Source of the DNA: Escherichia phage Murica
Sequence record: NC_041871.1
Direction: 5' to 3' (one strand)
DNA length: 64,000 nt
Part shown: positions 19,867 through 29,451 of the stretch, piece by piece
Layout: every line of letters starts with the position of its first letter
Position numbering within the stretch: the first letter of the stretch is position 1
Program-made: the position numbers and the translations under genes
The notes under the pieces: generated by a model
What the model was told of the DNA's origin: nothing
The model's database searches: none
The model's input: the letters and a program-made list of their open reading frames with translations, nothing else

Positions 19867-20487
19867 TTAAAAACTGCGTTTGCGTCTTGGGTGGCGGGGA
19901 GGTTGGTTATTTAGACCACTGATAGGTGTAATACCCTGGACATCGAACGGCCCGTTGCTGTTTTCATTAAATTTAACCCGAATTCCTTCATCTACACGAA
20001 CACCACCAATGATAATCATTCTACTGTAAGCATCTAGCTCAGAATCTACATAGTCGGGGTGTGCCAGCAGCCAATCAAGGAAATCTTTCCATTGAGCGTA
20101 GGAAGATCCACCACGAATCTCTATAGTCTCATCACCTATTTTTTCCAGACGGGAAGTTATACTTGCATTACCGCTGGACACTTCCTGCATCATCAGCCAC
20201 CGCACAAGTTGCACAAGCACATTGTACTTAAGCAGAGGTAGCTTATCAGGATCTGCCGGATAATTTAGTTTCAACTTCTCCATGTCAAGGAATGTTTTAA
20301 TTACCTCATCAGGGAGAGTTTCCTCATCAACATTGCCGAGCAACAACCTCATAATATTAATAAGAGGTTGGTCTGGATCAGGTTCCGGAAGTACAGGATC
20401 TTCTTTTGGTGGTTCTTCTGGGGTATCGACTACACCATCATGGTTAGGCGGTGACGGGATAATCTCTTCATCTTCATACCATGCCAT
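19867..20487 (-). CDS. hypothetical acidic protein
   Basis: ORF track 19867..20544 trimmed to ATG at 20485-20487 (RBS GAGGT). Confidence 0.4.
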   Translation of the reverse strand: MAWYEDEEIIPSPPNHDGVVDTPEEPPKEDPVLPEPDPDQPLINIMRLLLGNVDEETLPDEVIKTFLDMEKLKLNYPADPDKLPLLKYNVLVQLVRWLMMQEVSSGNASITSRLEKIGDETIEIRGGSSYAQWKDFLDWLLAHPDYVDSELDAYSRMIIIGGVRVDEGIRVKFNENSNGPFDVQGITPISGLNNQPPRHPRRKRSF

Positions 20488-20546
20488 TTGAAAATACCTC
20501 GTAAAAATAAAGCCCCATTCCTGATTTGGAAGGGGCCTTAACAAAA

Positions 20547-21392
20547 TTATGCCAGTGCAGCCTCAAAATCTTTCATCATATTTTGGAAAGTTTTTGCCTT
20601 ACTTAAGGTAACACCGTGCTCTTTGGCGAAGGTTTGGAGTGCATCTTTTGAACCACTTTTGTCATCTTCGTTGTTAAGAGCTGCGGCCTGCTGCAGTATG
20701 GCATCAATATCACTGCGAGAAGATCTTGATTCTTGTGCCTGTTCAGGATCCTGCTCAGTGCCTCCCGGTGCAGCCGGATCTGGGGATTCTTCACCGTCAC
20801 CACCAGGTTCAGTAGGACCTACAGGCGGCTCCGGTTCTGGTTCAGGCGGTGGAGCTATTGTAGAAACCAGTCCAAGATTTACAACCTGAGAACGTTTCTT
20901 AGGCCACTCAATGGTGAAAGTTTGGGTATCTTCTTCATAAACAATGTTGCATTGCTCATCGTTTATGGTCACTTTTTTAGGCATCCCTACAGGGTCCCAT
21001 AGATGGCCCTCTGCCACGGAAACTTGGAAAGCAGCATCTACCTCTTTAAACACTGACGGGGTGAGTGTGATATTGACATCCCCGCTTTGCAGTGTTAAAG
21101 TGCTTTCATCAAGGTTCTCTGTGAAGAACAGAAGAATAACACCCATACGGATAGTTGAAATACCAGTATCAATTGGCAGGCCTGTATGTTTTGCAATCTT
21201 CTCGAAGAAGTCTACAATCGTTCTGCACGGATAGTGAACACTGCCAATAACGAATTCTGTTGGTGGCAGCAGGGCTGATAAACCAACATTGATTTCTGGG
21301 TTATATTGTGCTAAAAATTGATAAAAACTTAACTGATTGTTGAAAACTCTTAATAGAGGATCATACTCAACTGGATATACGGCTCTCTTCAC
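20547..21392 (-). CDS. hypothetical structural protein with Pro/Glu-rich linker (PPPEPEPEPP)
   Basis: 281-aa ORF, GTG start with AGGAG RBS; low-complexity linker encoded at 20763-20855. Confidence 0.45.
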   Translation of the reverse strand: MKRAVYPVEYDPLLRVFNNQLSFYQFLAQYNPEINVGLSALLPPTEFVIGSVHYPCRTIVDFFEKIAKHTGLPIDTGISTIRMGVILLFFTENLDESTLTLQSGDVNITLTPSVFKEVDAAFQVSVAEGHLWDPVGMPKKVTINDEQCNIVYEEDTQTFTIEWPKKRSQVVNLGLVSTIAPPPEPEPEPPVGPTEPGGDGEESPDPAAPGGTEQDPEQAQESRSSRSDIDAILQQAAALNNEDDKSGSKDALQTFAKEHGVTLSKAKTFQNMMKDFEAALA

Positions 21393-21411
21393 GGGGCACT
21401 CCTGTTAAACC

Positions 21412-21449
21412 CTAATAAATAAAAAGGGGAGGGGGAGAACCCCCTCCCC
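21412..21449 (-). terminator. strong rho-independent terminator after the major capsid gene
   Basis: GGGGAGGGGG-N4-CCCCCTCCCC hairpin followed on the minus strand by TTTTTATTTATT. Confidence 0.7.
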
Positions 21450-21473
21450 ATATGGGATGAATCACCTTAGTGA

Positions 21474-22481
21474 TTAGTCACCTTTCAGAGTTGCTTTAAC
21501 AACCAGCTCTGGGCGGGTGTTAACTGCCAGCATAGAAGTTTCAGATTCAATCTTCTCTTCACGCAGGTATGCAGAGTGTTTATACCACATGTACAGTTCC
21601 TGTGCTGGAGTGTTTGCTTCGTTAACATCGTCTGCCGGAGCAAAGTGCAGCTGGAACATCTGATCAATACCCATCGGCAGGATGCGGGCCTCTTTCTTAG
21701 GAATATTGCCAGAGATATCTTCGATAAAGGTGATACCTTTATGCTCAAACACACGGTATACGCTGTCTTGACCGCCAGCACCCAGACGGCGACGCAGAGG
21801 TTCCTGAGCAGAGCCGTAATAGGTGTATGCCAGTTCTACCAGCGGGTGATGGGTAATAGCACTGAAGAACTCCGGTGAGCACAGGGCTACGATGCGATAG
21901 CCAGCTGCGTTATCGCCAGCCTGCAGTGCAATGTGCAGACGAGCTTCTTCCAGAACCTCCATGGGATCCTGATCTGCTTTTGCAGGGTCAATTTCAACAG
22001 ATTTCTGAGACACACCCCACAGAGTGTAGTAATCATACTGACAGGTGGTGTCACCAGGTGCATAGGATTTACCCAGAATAGCCTGGAACAGCGCTTTCTC
22101 ACGCAGTGCTTCATGAGAAACACGGATACGGCGAACAACGCGGGTTACTACGTCCTGAACAGTTTTCGGAGCATCAGGAGTGAAGTAACGACGGAAGTTC
22201 TGAACATCTGCGGCAGTGATGCCTTTGTCCAGAGGGAAGAACGGGATGTTCAGGTTTTTAACCTGAGCACGTTCACTACCAACGTAGTTACGCTCACCAC
22301 CACGACGGCGTGCCGGAATGTCGGTTACAACTTCATCAACACGTTCGATCTGAGCAATTGTTGAGGTGCCGAGACGAGTTTCGAACAGATCCATACCAGT
22401 AATCAGGCGGAATTGACGCGGAACAAGGTCCAGAGTAGCACCTAAATCAACAATGCCAAATTCATCTTTACGAGTAATCAT
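21474..22481 (-). CDS. major capsid protein (lambda gpE-like)
   Basis: 335 aa; size, position after scaffold/decoration genes and a strong downstream terminator; sequence pattern recalled as lambda E-like. Confidence 0.75.
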   Translation of the reverse strand: MITRKDEFGIVDLGATLDLVPRQFRLITGMDLFETRLGTSTIAQIERVDEVVTDIPARRRGGERNYVGSERAQVKNLNIPFFPLDKGITAADVQNFRRYFTPDAPKTVQDVVTRVVRRIRVSHEALREKALFQAILGKSYAPGDTTCQYDYYTLWGVSQKSVEIDPAKADQDPMEVLEEARLHIALQAGDNAAGYRIVALCSPEFFSAITHHPLVELAYTYYGSAQEPLRRRLGAGGQDSVYRVFEHKGITFIEDISGNIPKKEARILPMGIDQMFQLHFAPADDVNEANTPAQELYMWYKHSAYLREEKIESETSMLAVNTRPELVVKATLKGD

Positions 22482-22529
22482 TTATTTCTCCAAAATAAAA
22501 CTTAAATATTTTCCCGAACAATTTAGGGC

Positions 22530-22919
22530 TTACTCTTCACCAAGAGTCTGGACCTGAACCTTGTTGCCCAGAGCCTCAAGCTTGTCTAACACAGCCTGTT
22601 CTGCTTTAGCGCCACCAGTTGCCAGCAATTTATCCTTGGCAAAAGTAACACCACGCACAGCAACAACCAGTTTATATTTCTTTGTGCCAAGAGGTTCAGC
22701 GATATGTACTTTACCAGCAGCGTCCGGAATTAAAGCACGATCCACCAGAACGCCATAGGCGTCTGAACCGTCCTGATTGGCAATGCTACCATCTTTGGTC
22801 ACAACCGTGCCAGCATGATGGTGCTCTGTCAGTGTAATTTCCATCTCTTTAAAATTGTAGCCAGCATCGCTAGAATCAACTTTGCCGAGCACGATATCAG
22901 AATATTGAGCGGTAATCAT
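22530..22919 (-). CDS. head decoration protein
   Basis: 129-aa ORF immediately upstream of the major capsid gene, Gly/Ala/Val-rich. Confidence 0.55.
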   Translation of the reverse strand: MITAQYSDIVLGKVDSSDAGYNFKEMEITLTEHHHAGTVVTKDGSIANQDGSDAYGVLVDRALIPDAAGKVHIAEPLGTKKYKLVVAVRGVTFAKDKLLATGGAKAEQAVLDKLEALGNKVQVQTLGEE

Positions 22920-22939
22920 TTATTTCCCCCGTTAATGTC

Positions 22940-23917
22940 TTATTTGTTAGATTCTGCACGTGCACGAGCAAGTGCTTTTGCAACGTTTTCAGCAAGAATT
23001 TCTTCTGCGGATTTTGCAATATCATCCACAACAGGTTCGCCATCATTACCATGTTCAGTGGTGGCAAACTCTTCTTTGGTTTTATGCACCTCTGCTTCCA
23101 GCTCTTCAATTTTTGCTTGAGCTTTCTCCAGCATAGCTACGATAGGTTCGTTAGCTTTTTCCAGCATGAAGTCAACCAGGGTTGCATGATCTTCTTCACC
23201 AACAAAGCTTAAAGCTTGAGCCTTAGTCAGCATTTTAGCTTTTTCAACTTCAACCTGGGCCTTGATGATTTCTTCAGCTTTACTCTGGGTTGCTTTCAGC
23301 TCTTCTACTTGCTTCAGCAGATCCAGATACTCTTTAGTTTTGGTTACGTCCACCGGATTCTCCTCGGTATTTGCGGATTTTGCAATATCATCCACCTCGG
23401 TAGTTTTATCCACCTCAGCAGGTTCCTGTACCGCCTTGATCAGGTTCCCTTCTTTATCGAAGAGATCAGCGGTTACTTGTTCAAAAATCTGTTGTGTTTT
23501 TAACAGGCTGTACTGATCTACCACACTAAGCTGCTTGCCTTCTTTTGCAGCCTTATGAATGGTCACGTTATCACAACGCTCTTCCAGCCATGCAATACAA
23601 GACTCTGCGTCAGCTTGCGCCCATTCCCAATCAGGATGCTCTTTAGCCCAAGCCTCCTCTTCAATCTCAAAACCAAGAATGTGTGCAAGTGCTTTAGCAT
23701 CATCATACCACATATCGAAGAAACGACGCAGGTATTCTTCAAAACTAAGCTCCACAGTAACTTGGCGAAGTGCCTTAACAATATCGTCTGTTAACTGCTC
23801 CGGCTTAAGATCACTCTTCATCAAAAGAGATACAGGTCTGTTGTTAGCGCTATAGCCTTGCGCCTTATGGCACAGGGCGATCCCCTTCTCTTTAATAGTA
23901 ATCGTTTTTTCAGACAT
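22940..23917 (-). CDS. scaffolding protein
   Basis: 325 aa, highly acidic, long predicted coiled coil with E/K/A repeats; between portal and capsid. Confidence 0.6.
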   Translation of the reverse strand: MSEKTITIKEKGIALCHKAQGYSANNRPVSLLMKSDLKPEQLTDDIVKALRQVTVELSFEEYLRRFFDMWYDDAKALAHILGFEIEEEAWAKEHPDWEWAQADAESCIAWLEERCDNVTIHKAAKEGKQLSVVDQYSLLKTQQIFEQVTADLFDKEGNLIKAVQEPAEVDKTTEVDDIAKSANTEENPVDVTKTKEYLDLLKQVEELKATQSKAEEIIKAQVEVEKAKMLTKAQALSFVGEEDHATLVDFMLEKANEPIVAMLEKAQAKIEELEAEVHKTKEEFATTEHGNDGEPVVDDIAKSAEEILAENVAKALARARAESNK

Positions 23918-24348
23918 TATTCATTGCCCTCTTCTACAACACTGATCCCGAAGTTTACGTTGGTAATTTCACCAGTTTCTTCATCAACATTACCTGTTGC
24001 CTGAATGCTTAGGCCACCAACAATGCCAGCCTTCTTAGCTTCCCATAATTCAGGATTATTGTATTTAACTTTAGCAACCCAAGAGCCAGCCTTGATGACC
24101 TGCTCAGTGCCAATTACTACAACATCAAACTCTTCTTGAATCCACGTCTTTTCAATAGTGAAAGCATCTGTAGAGGTCAAGTGGAAAAGGTTTTCAGAAA
24201 CTAGGCCTGCGGCGTATGCTGCGTCCCAGTTATCTTTAGCCTTTTTGATGGTGTCTTTACTCATCCACTCACCGTGAGCATCTTTAGTGTCAGGTTCGTA
24301 GATGATTTCGTAGGAAATCATTTCTTCCTGTGGCATCTTATTCCCCAT
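23917..24348 (-). CDS. head morphogenesis protein (possible XkdF-like/protease-associated)
   Basis: ORF track 23917..24492 trimmed to an internal ATG; overlaps the portal 3' end in the longer form; start uncertain. Confidence 0.35.
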   Translation of the reverse strand: MGNKMPQEEMISYEIIYEPDTKDAHGEWMSKDTIKKAKDNWDAAYAAGLVSENLFHLTSTDAFTIEKTWIQEEFDVVVIGTEQVIKAGSWVAKVKYNNPELWEAKKAGIVGGLSIQATGNVDEETGEITNVNFGISVVEEGNE

Positions 24349-24403
24349 GTGGATTATTTTATCACGCCAAAGGAGGTTTTGCAACCCCCTGTGTTGATAA
24401 TTT

Positions 24404-25960
24404 TTAATTTTCCATGTTGGATATGGAATTATCTCTGGTTGATGACATCTTAGAAGTGCCGTTACCAGTGGATCCTGCAGCCATTCCATCACCAGCTCTA
24501 CTGATGTCCTGGCCCAAGAGCTTCATCAGCTCTTCCTGATCCATGTCCTCGTCAAATCTTTCATCAAACCCACCTACTTCAAGAATCTTATTAATTACTG
24601 CAGGAGTTTTTGGCAAGTAACCTACAGCACCGATCCTCTGGACAAACTTGGAGAAGCTCTCCATGTCCACCTCTTCAATCAGACCAGGTTTCAGTTTAGG
24701 CATATCATCATCTTCAAGGATGATACCATTCAATGCCAGAAGTTGTGGAATAAGATCTTTGTTGAAGGCTTCAGTGATAATATCTATATCACGCTGAACA
24801 AAATGACCATGGATAGACTGTTTTGACTCAGACAGAGAGAAGGATCCAACGTTATCGTTACCGAGGTTAATAAAGCCAGCACCGAAACGGTCAAGAATCG
24901 CCTTCTTACGGGCATCAATCAAATCTTTAGTGGAATACTGCTTACCCATACCGTCAACCCCCTTCAGGGTCATGGAGTAAAGCTCTTTACCAGACTTATC
25001 TCTATCAGACGGAAGTATAAAGAAACTTTGCTCACCACTATGGGCGTTTGCTGCGTCAAGCATAAGGTCTGCAACCATTCTCCCCTCCATTGAATTCGGG
25101 TCAATGCTGGCCTTGTTCAAAATATTGGAAGGAATTTTCAGCTCAAGCACACCACCAAGGTCTTTGGAACAGCCAACAACCTCAAGGTTTTCAATCAGAA
25201 CTTTCTCACGGAAAGATCTGTAGCAACCTATCATAGGTGACACACCTGCAGGGTTAGATTCTGTTCCTGACAGGGTCATGAGCATAAGCTTTTTAGCAGG
25301 GATGAAAATTTCAGGCTCATTAAAGCCTTTTGAAGGCATTGCAGCAAGAGGTCCAGCCCAGCGTGCATTCTGAGTGTTTAGAAATGCATTAGGTGACTGA
25401 TAAATACCTGTCAGTGTTCTACTGTTCTTGTCAAAGACAAACGGCTCTGATCTGGACAAACTGGCCTGAGGTCGGAATGCAATTTTATCAATAAGAAGCA
25501 TCCCGGCGTATTTACCTTCTTTCTCTCTGCGGTATACTTTCTCAAACAGTGAAAAACCATACTCGTTAAAGGTAGCTGCGCTTCTTGCAATATCTCGAAG
25601 AGTTTGTTGGTTTGCCAAATTACGCAAAGAATACTCTATAAGCTCTGCAGCTTTCTTAGAGTCTTCACTTTTAACATTATAAAGGATCTTAAAATCATTG
25701 AATGCTTTCGTGATGAAAACATATTTTGTATCTAAGGCAGTAGCAACTGTGGAATCACATTTCATAGTCTCCACTGTAGCAATCAGCTGAGGCCAACGCA
25801 ATTCCTCAACCATCATAGATTGCGATTCTGCCATAATTTGGGAAAGTGCGCCAGAACCGATCTCACTCATACGAACATTATGAGTTGGTGCGCCTGCGTT
25901 CCCAGATTTATTCACAGTTTTGGCTGTGGCGTTGTGTTTCCTGCGGTTCTTTTTGGACAC
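24404..25960 (-). CDS. portal protein
   Basis: 518-aa ORF immediately downstream of the large terminase; GTG start with GAGGGG RBS. Confidence 0.65.
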   Translation of the reverse strand: MSKKNRRKHNATAKTVNKSGNAGAPTHNVRMSEIGSGALSQIMAESQSMMVEELRWPQLIATVETMKCDSTVATALDTKYVFITKAFNDFKILYNVKSEDSKKAAELIEYSLRNLANQQTLRDIARSAATFNEYGFSLFEKVYRREKEGKYAGMLLIDKIAFRPQASLSRSEPFVFDKNSRTLTGIYQSPNAFLNTQNARWAGPLAAMPSKGFNEPEIFIPAKKLMLMTLSGTESNPAGVSPMIGCYRSFREKVLIENLEVVGCSKDLGGVLELKIPSNILNKASIDPNSMEGRMVADLMLDAANAHSGEQSFFILPSDRDKSGKELYSMTLKGVDGMGKQYSTKDLIDARKKAILDRFGAGFINLGNDNVGSFSLSESKQSIHGHFVQRDIDIITEAFNKDLIPQLLALNGIILEDDDMPKLKPGLIEEVDMESFSKFVQRIGAVGYLPKTPAVINKILEVGGFDERFDEDMDQEELMKLLGQDISRAGDGMAAGSTGNGTSKMSSTRDNSISNMEN

Positions 25961-26062
25961 AAGCTTTACCCCTCAAAACAGTATAACAAAATAGCCCTCG
26001 TGTTAGAGGGCTAGTATCTCCGATTACTCTATTCTACCACATCTAATTAAGATTGGCAACAC

Positions 26063-27610
26063 TTAGATAAAACGCTTGAACATAGAAGGTGATGAGATTG
26101 ATGGAATCACACAAGGAAGTGCTACCTCCTCTTTCTCCAGGAAATTAATCGCAGAAGCTACACAGTCTGCCCAGTCGTCTTTTCTGTTAAATGTTGATCT
26201 TTCTCCGTTGAATTTTTCAAGTTCAGTCAGAAATGCTTCCAGAGTATCAGGATGGAAACTGGATTTTACAATCCTCACCATTCCTTGTTGTGCAAGATTG
26301 GCAAAAGGTGAGAACCTTGTCAGTTTAGATTTGTTGGAAGGCATTGGGTCTTCTTCAACCCTGAACCCTTCGGCGAGCAAGGATCTGGATGAGGTTAAGA
26401 ACTCACTCTTACCTGCCTGACCAGGGTCCACAGAGAATACGATTATGCAATCATCACCATCAAACTGCGCCTGTTTCCTGATGATCACATCTCGTTCACC
26501 AGCCTTTTTACAGAACTTGCCTTCCAGACCTGTGGAATACCTCCCGTCATCCACGTTCTCAGGACAATAATCACCGGACAGGTAATAAAAGCCGTCGCTA
26601 TCTTTACTTACCTTAATACTGGCGGTAAAGTCAGGAAATTTATTACCGGAAGTTCTCTCGGTTCCTGCCTTATCCCATGCCCTGCAAGATACTGATCCAA
26701 TGGGTACTCTATCGGCATCACGAAGGAAAGATCTTTGAAAATAGTTTGCACCCTCAGGCTTTGCAAACCAGTTACCATGAAGAAGCTGAGCTTTTTCCAG
26801 TTCCGGCAGACCTTCAAGGAAAGCAAGGTATTCTGGGTTGTCTCTTAAGCAGACAGGATTATCGAATATTGTTGCGCCTATAAACGAGAATGACAACGGT
26901 CTTGGCTTGATCTCTACGCCAAGTCCGTTAACCGTGGTGTATTTCTCTATCAACTCTTCTTTAGAGTCTCCCCAGATAAATTCACCGTCGCGTCGGATAA
27001 AATATCTTTTCTTACCGCATTTCTCCGGATCTGGATACCCTTCATCGTCCAACCACCATCTAACCAGTTTGGCAAGCATGTGTTCTGAATCGGGGTTACA
27101 GCTGATAACCATTCTTGATGGATACTTTGACTGAGATCGCAGACGAGACATCAGATAGTCTATCTGCTCCCATTCGAACTGCGTGCCCTCATCGAAGCAA
27201 ACCATGGTGTACTCAAGCCCCTGATGGTTAAGCTTATCTTGTACATACTCCATATGGCAGTATTTTACAACAGCTCCCTTTTTGCTTCTATCCCACTTAC
27301 CAGTGTTCGGATCAAACCGTGGAAAAATGAACTTATGATCCTTCTCTCTGAACTTTGGCTTAATGTTTTCAGGCAGATCACTGTAAATAGCTACTGCTTT
27401 AGGCCATAGTCCACCCTCACCTTCCAACTGTGGGGTTGTTCTTCGGAACATAACCACAGAGCTGTGGGGGTCATCAATAATTTTAAGTGGCATCAACTGC
27501 AAGAGGAACGACTTGCCAGACCCTGCGGCACCGCCGATTACCAAAATATCTGCATCGTTTTCTAGGATCATCTTCTGCTTTTCAGAACACGGTCCGTAAA
27601 TCTTAGACAT
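26063..27610 (-). CDS. terL: terminase large subunit
   Basis: 515 aa; N-terminal Walker A GGAAGSGKS, ATPase then nuclease-domain organisation; strong RBS. Confidence 0.85.
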   Translation of the reverse strand: MSKIYGPCSEKQKMILENDADILVIGGAAGSGKSFLLQLMPLKIIDDPHSSVVMFRRTTPQLEGEGGLWPKAVAIYSDLPENIKPKFREKDHKFIFPRFDPNTGKWDRSKKGAVVKYCHMEYVQDKLNHQGLEYTMVCFDEGTQFEWEQIDYLMSRLRSQSKYPSRMVISCNPDSEHMLAKLVRWWLDDEGYPDPEKCGKKRYFIRRDGEFIWGDSKEELIEKYTTVNGLGVEIKPRPLSFSFIGATIFDNPVCLRDNPEYLAFLEGLPELEKAQLLHGNWFAKPEGANYFQRSFLRDADRVPIGSVSCRAWDKAGTERTSGNKFPDFTASIKVSKDSDGFYYLSGDYCPENVDDGRYSTGLEGKFCKKAGERDVIIRKQAQFDGDDCIIVFSVDPGQAGKSEFLTSSRSLLAEGFRVEEDPMPSNKSKLTRFSPFANLAQQGMVRIVKSSFHPDTLEAFLTELEKFNGERSTFNRKDDWADCVASAINFLEKEEVALPCVIPSISSPSMFKRFI

Positions 27611-27897
27611 TAACCTCTCTCCTTTGGAAACAGTGTTCTAATATAGTCTTGCAAAATGATCAATTTAGCTCTATCATTGCTACAAGACAGATTATTATCC
27701 CTCATAATGCCAGAATTCACTGCATCTGGCGCACCTTTCTTCAAAGGCATAGCTTTAGCAGGTGGTTTCATGGCACCTTCCGGGGGTTTAACAATCAACC
27801 TTCCTACATCCGGAGGGTCAATCTTGTATTCTCTCTCAACGCTGGTTGCACACCCACATAATAACAAGCACACAATAAACAGTGTAGCAACTCTCAT
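27610..27897 (-). CDS. outer-membrane spanin lipoprotein (Rz1-like)
   Basis: 95 aa; signal peptide with lipobox LLCGC, Pro-rich mature part; coupled to the upstream i-spanin. Confidence 0.6.
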   Translation of the reverse strand: MRVATLFIVCLLLCGCATSVEREYKIDPPDVGRLIVKPPEGAMKPPAKAMPLKKGAPDAVNSGIMRDNNLSCSNDRAKLIILQDYIRTLFPKERG

Positions 27898-28292
27898 CTA
27901 CCCTCCTGATTAATACTCTCATTATAAATATCTATAAGCTGATCAGGAAGTGTTGACTTCTTACCCTCAGGTGACTGGAGGTAAATAATCTGCTTTTCTT
28001 TACCTGCCTTCTCAGCCATATTTAATTTATCCTGTAGATCAGAAAGGGATTTTTCAAGGTTTTTAACCTCCTCTGCGTGGCCCATTTTAATTTTGTCGGC
28101 CTGCTTTTGTTGCTGATCAAGGATCCGTTCCCACTTTAACTCTGTTGCTGACACACCTTCTTGGTAGGCATCATTAAGCTTAGAGTTAAACCAATACACG
28201 GCCCCAAGATAAGCTGTACCTATCGCAGCTGCAAAAACTAAACCTTTTATGATCCCTCTATACCTGCTCAGCCATGTTAAAACTGAAATCAT
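27894..28292 (-). CDS. inner-membrane spanin (Rz-like)
   Basis: 132 aa; N-terminal TM helix then charged coiled-coil region; overlaps the o-spanin start. Confidence 0.6.
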   Translation of the reverse strand: MISVLTWLSRYRGIIKGLVFAAAIGTAYLGAVYWFNSKLNDAYQEGVSATELKWERILDQQQKQADKIKMGHAEEVKNLEKSLSDLQDKLNMAEKAGKEKQIIYLQSPEGKKSTLPDQLIDIYNESINQEGR

Positions 28293-28304
28293 TTTAAGGC
28301 TCCA

Positions 28305-28340
28305 GAAACGAAAAAACCCCGCAGCTATACAGCTAACGGG
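28305..28340 (-). terminator. rho-independent terminator upstream of the spanin genes
   Basis: CCCCGTTAGCT..AGCTGCGGGG hairpin followed by TTTTTTCGTTTC on the minus strand. Confidence 0.5.
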
Positions 28341-28397
28341 GCGGGTTAAAATTGAGTAACCTAAATAGATCGAAACTAACTAAAAGGAGACTAATAC

Positions 28398-28667
28398 TTA
28401 TCGAGGCACTCGGTGGATGATTCTAACAGTAACTGCGTTTTCATTCATCAAGTATGCATCTACATCTCTGTAAATATAAAACTTCTGCTCACTATCAACA
28501 ACACAAGCTACCGCCCCTTCAGAGTTGTCTTCAAAAAAGACCACCACTGCATCGCAGCTGAGTTCATGATATGACTCTCGAAGATTTACAGCCAGAGGAT
28601 TGAAATCGTCACGAAAATCTACGGTATGGGTTGGATTTACACGCTCTACAATTTTAAGTGTATACAT
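28398..28667 (-). CDS. hypothetical protein
   Basis: ORF track 28398..28757 trimmed to ATG at 28665-28667 (AAGGAAC RBS); the longer form would overlap tRNA-Pro. Confidence 0.45.
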   Translation of the reverse strand: MYTLKIVERVNPTHTVDFRDDFNPLAVNLRESYHELSCDAVVVFFEDNSEGAVACVVDSEQKFYIYRDVDAYLMNENAVTVRIIHRVPR

Positions 28668-28713
28668 TTTAAAGGTTCCTTTTGTTTGTATATGTTTAAA
28701 GTATAACTGAAAG

Positions 28714-28790
28714 TGGTCTCCACGGAGTGATTCGAACACTCGACCTCCTGATCCCAAATCAGGCGCTCTACCAAGCTGAGCTACGCGGAG
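28714..28790 (-). tRNA. tRNA-Pro (anticodon UGG)
   Basis: cloverleaf folded by hand: 7-bp acceptor, T-loop TTCGAAT, anticodon loop TTTGGGA, encoded CCA. Confidence 0.8.
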
Positions 28791-28801
28791 TATTTATTAT
28801 T

Positions 28802-28876
28802 TGGTGGCCCTGGGTGGAATTGAACCACCGTCTGGCGATTATGAGTCGCTTGCTTGAACCTTCCAGCTACAGGGCC
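28802..28876 (-). tRNA. tRNA-Met (anticodon CAU; could be lysidine-modified Ile)
   Basis: acceptor GGCCCTG/CAGGGCC, anticodon loop CTCATAA, T-loop TTCAATT, encoded CCA. Confidence 0.75.
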
Positions 28877-28877
28877 T

Positions 28878-28953
28878 TGGTGCTGATGGCAGGACTTGAA
28901 CCTACAACCTATTGATTACAAATCAATTGCACTACCGATTGTGCTACATCAGC
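28878..28953 (-). tRNA. tRNA-Thr (anticodon UGU)
   Basis: acceptor GCTGATG/CATCAGC, anticodon stem ATTGA/TCAAT with loop TTTGTAA, T-loop TTCAAGT, CCA. Confidence 0.8.
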
Positions 28954-28960
28954 AAAAAGG

Positions 28961-29057
28961 TGCTAGGTGATGGAATCGAACCACCTATGTATTCAACGAC
29001 TACCTCGTCTATTTTCAGGATTAAAAATCCTCGCCCTTGCCAAAGGGCTTACCTAGC
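28961..29057 (-). tRNA. atypical 97-nt tRNA-like element (anticodon unresolved, possibly UUU; very long variable region)
   Basis: perfect 7-bp acceptor pairing GCTAGGT/ACCTAGC, canonical T-arm GGTGG-TTCGATT-CCATC and D-arm, but 65 nt between; no encoded CCA. Confidence 0.45.
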
Positions 29058-29155
29058 TCAGTATGTTGACCATGTTGCTAGTCGGCGATGACGACTGTAA
29101 CATTTGATAATCCGGTTCTGCTTCCGGCTTTCGCTTAATTACAAGGTCAACAATG

Positions 29156-29246
29156 TGGCGGAGAGTAATGGAATCGAACCATCATCGAGTCATCCTCAAC
29201 GGGACGGTTTTCAAGACCGCTTGAGCACCATTGCTCCCTACCCTCC
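29156..29246 (-). tRNA. tRNA-Ser (anticodon UGA), type II
   Basis: 91 nt, acceptor GGAGGGT/ACTCTCC, anticodon loop CTTGAAA, long variable arm, T-loop TTCGATT, CCA. Confidence 0.8.
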
Positions 29247-29360
29247 TTTATAAATTATACTGATAATGACACTGATTTTCGAGCAGTTAGTGACTAGTAT
29301 AAACGACGATAAATATCAATGCCATTATCTGTATTATTTATGCATCTAAAAATATAAATT

Positions 29361-29447
29361 TGGTGGGGAGTGGTGGAGTCGAACCACCCGAGTCGCAATG
29401 ACAATAGATTTACAGTCTACACCGCTACCTCTACGGGATAACTCCCC
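29361..29447 (-). tRNA. tRNA-Tyr (anticodon GUA), type II
   Basis: 87 nt, acceptor GGGGAGT/ACTCCCC, anticodon loop CTGTAAA, long variable arm, T-loop TTCGACT, CCA. Confidence 0.8.
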
Positions 29448-29451
29448 AATT

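Noticed and set aside
25990-26012. Hairpin between terminase and portal genes as a terminator
   Set aside because: Stem is short and the downstream tract is not uniformly U-rich; terminase and portal are normally co-transcribed, so this is at most an attenuator.
29059-29155. Spacer between the atypical tRNA-like element and tRNA-Ser as a possible additional tRNA
   Set aside because: No T-loop consensus or acceptor pairing could be found; only a short hairpin (CCGG-N8-CCGG).
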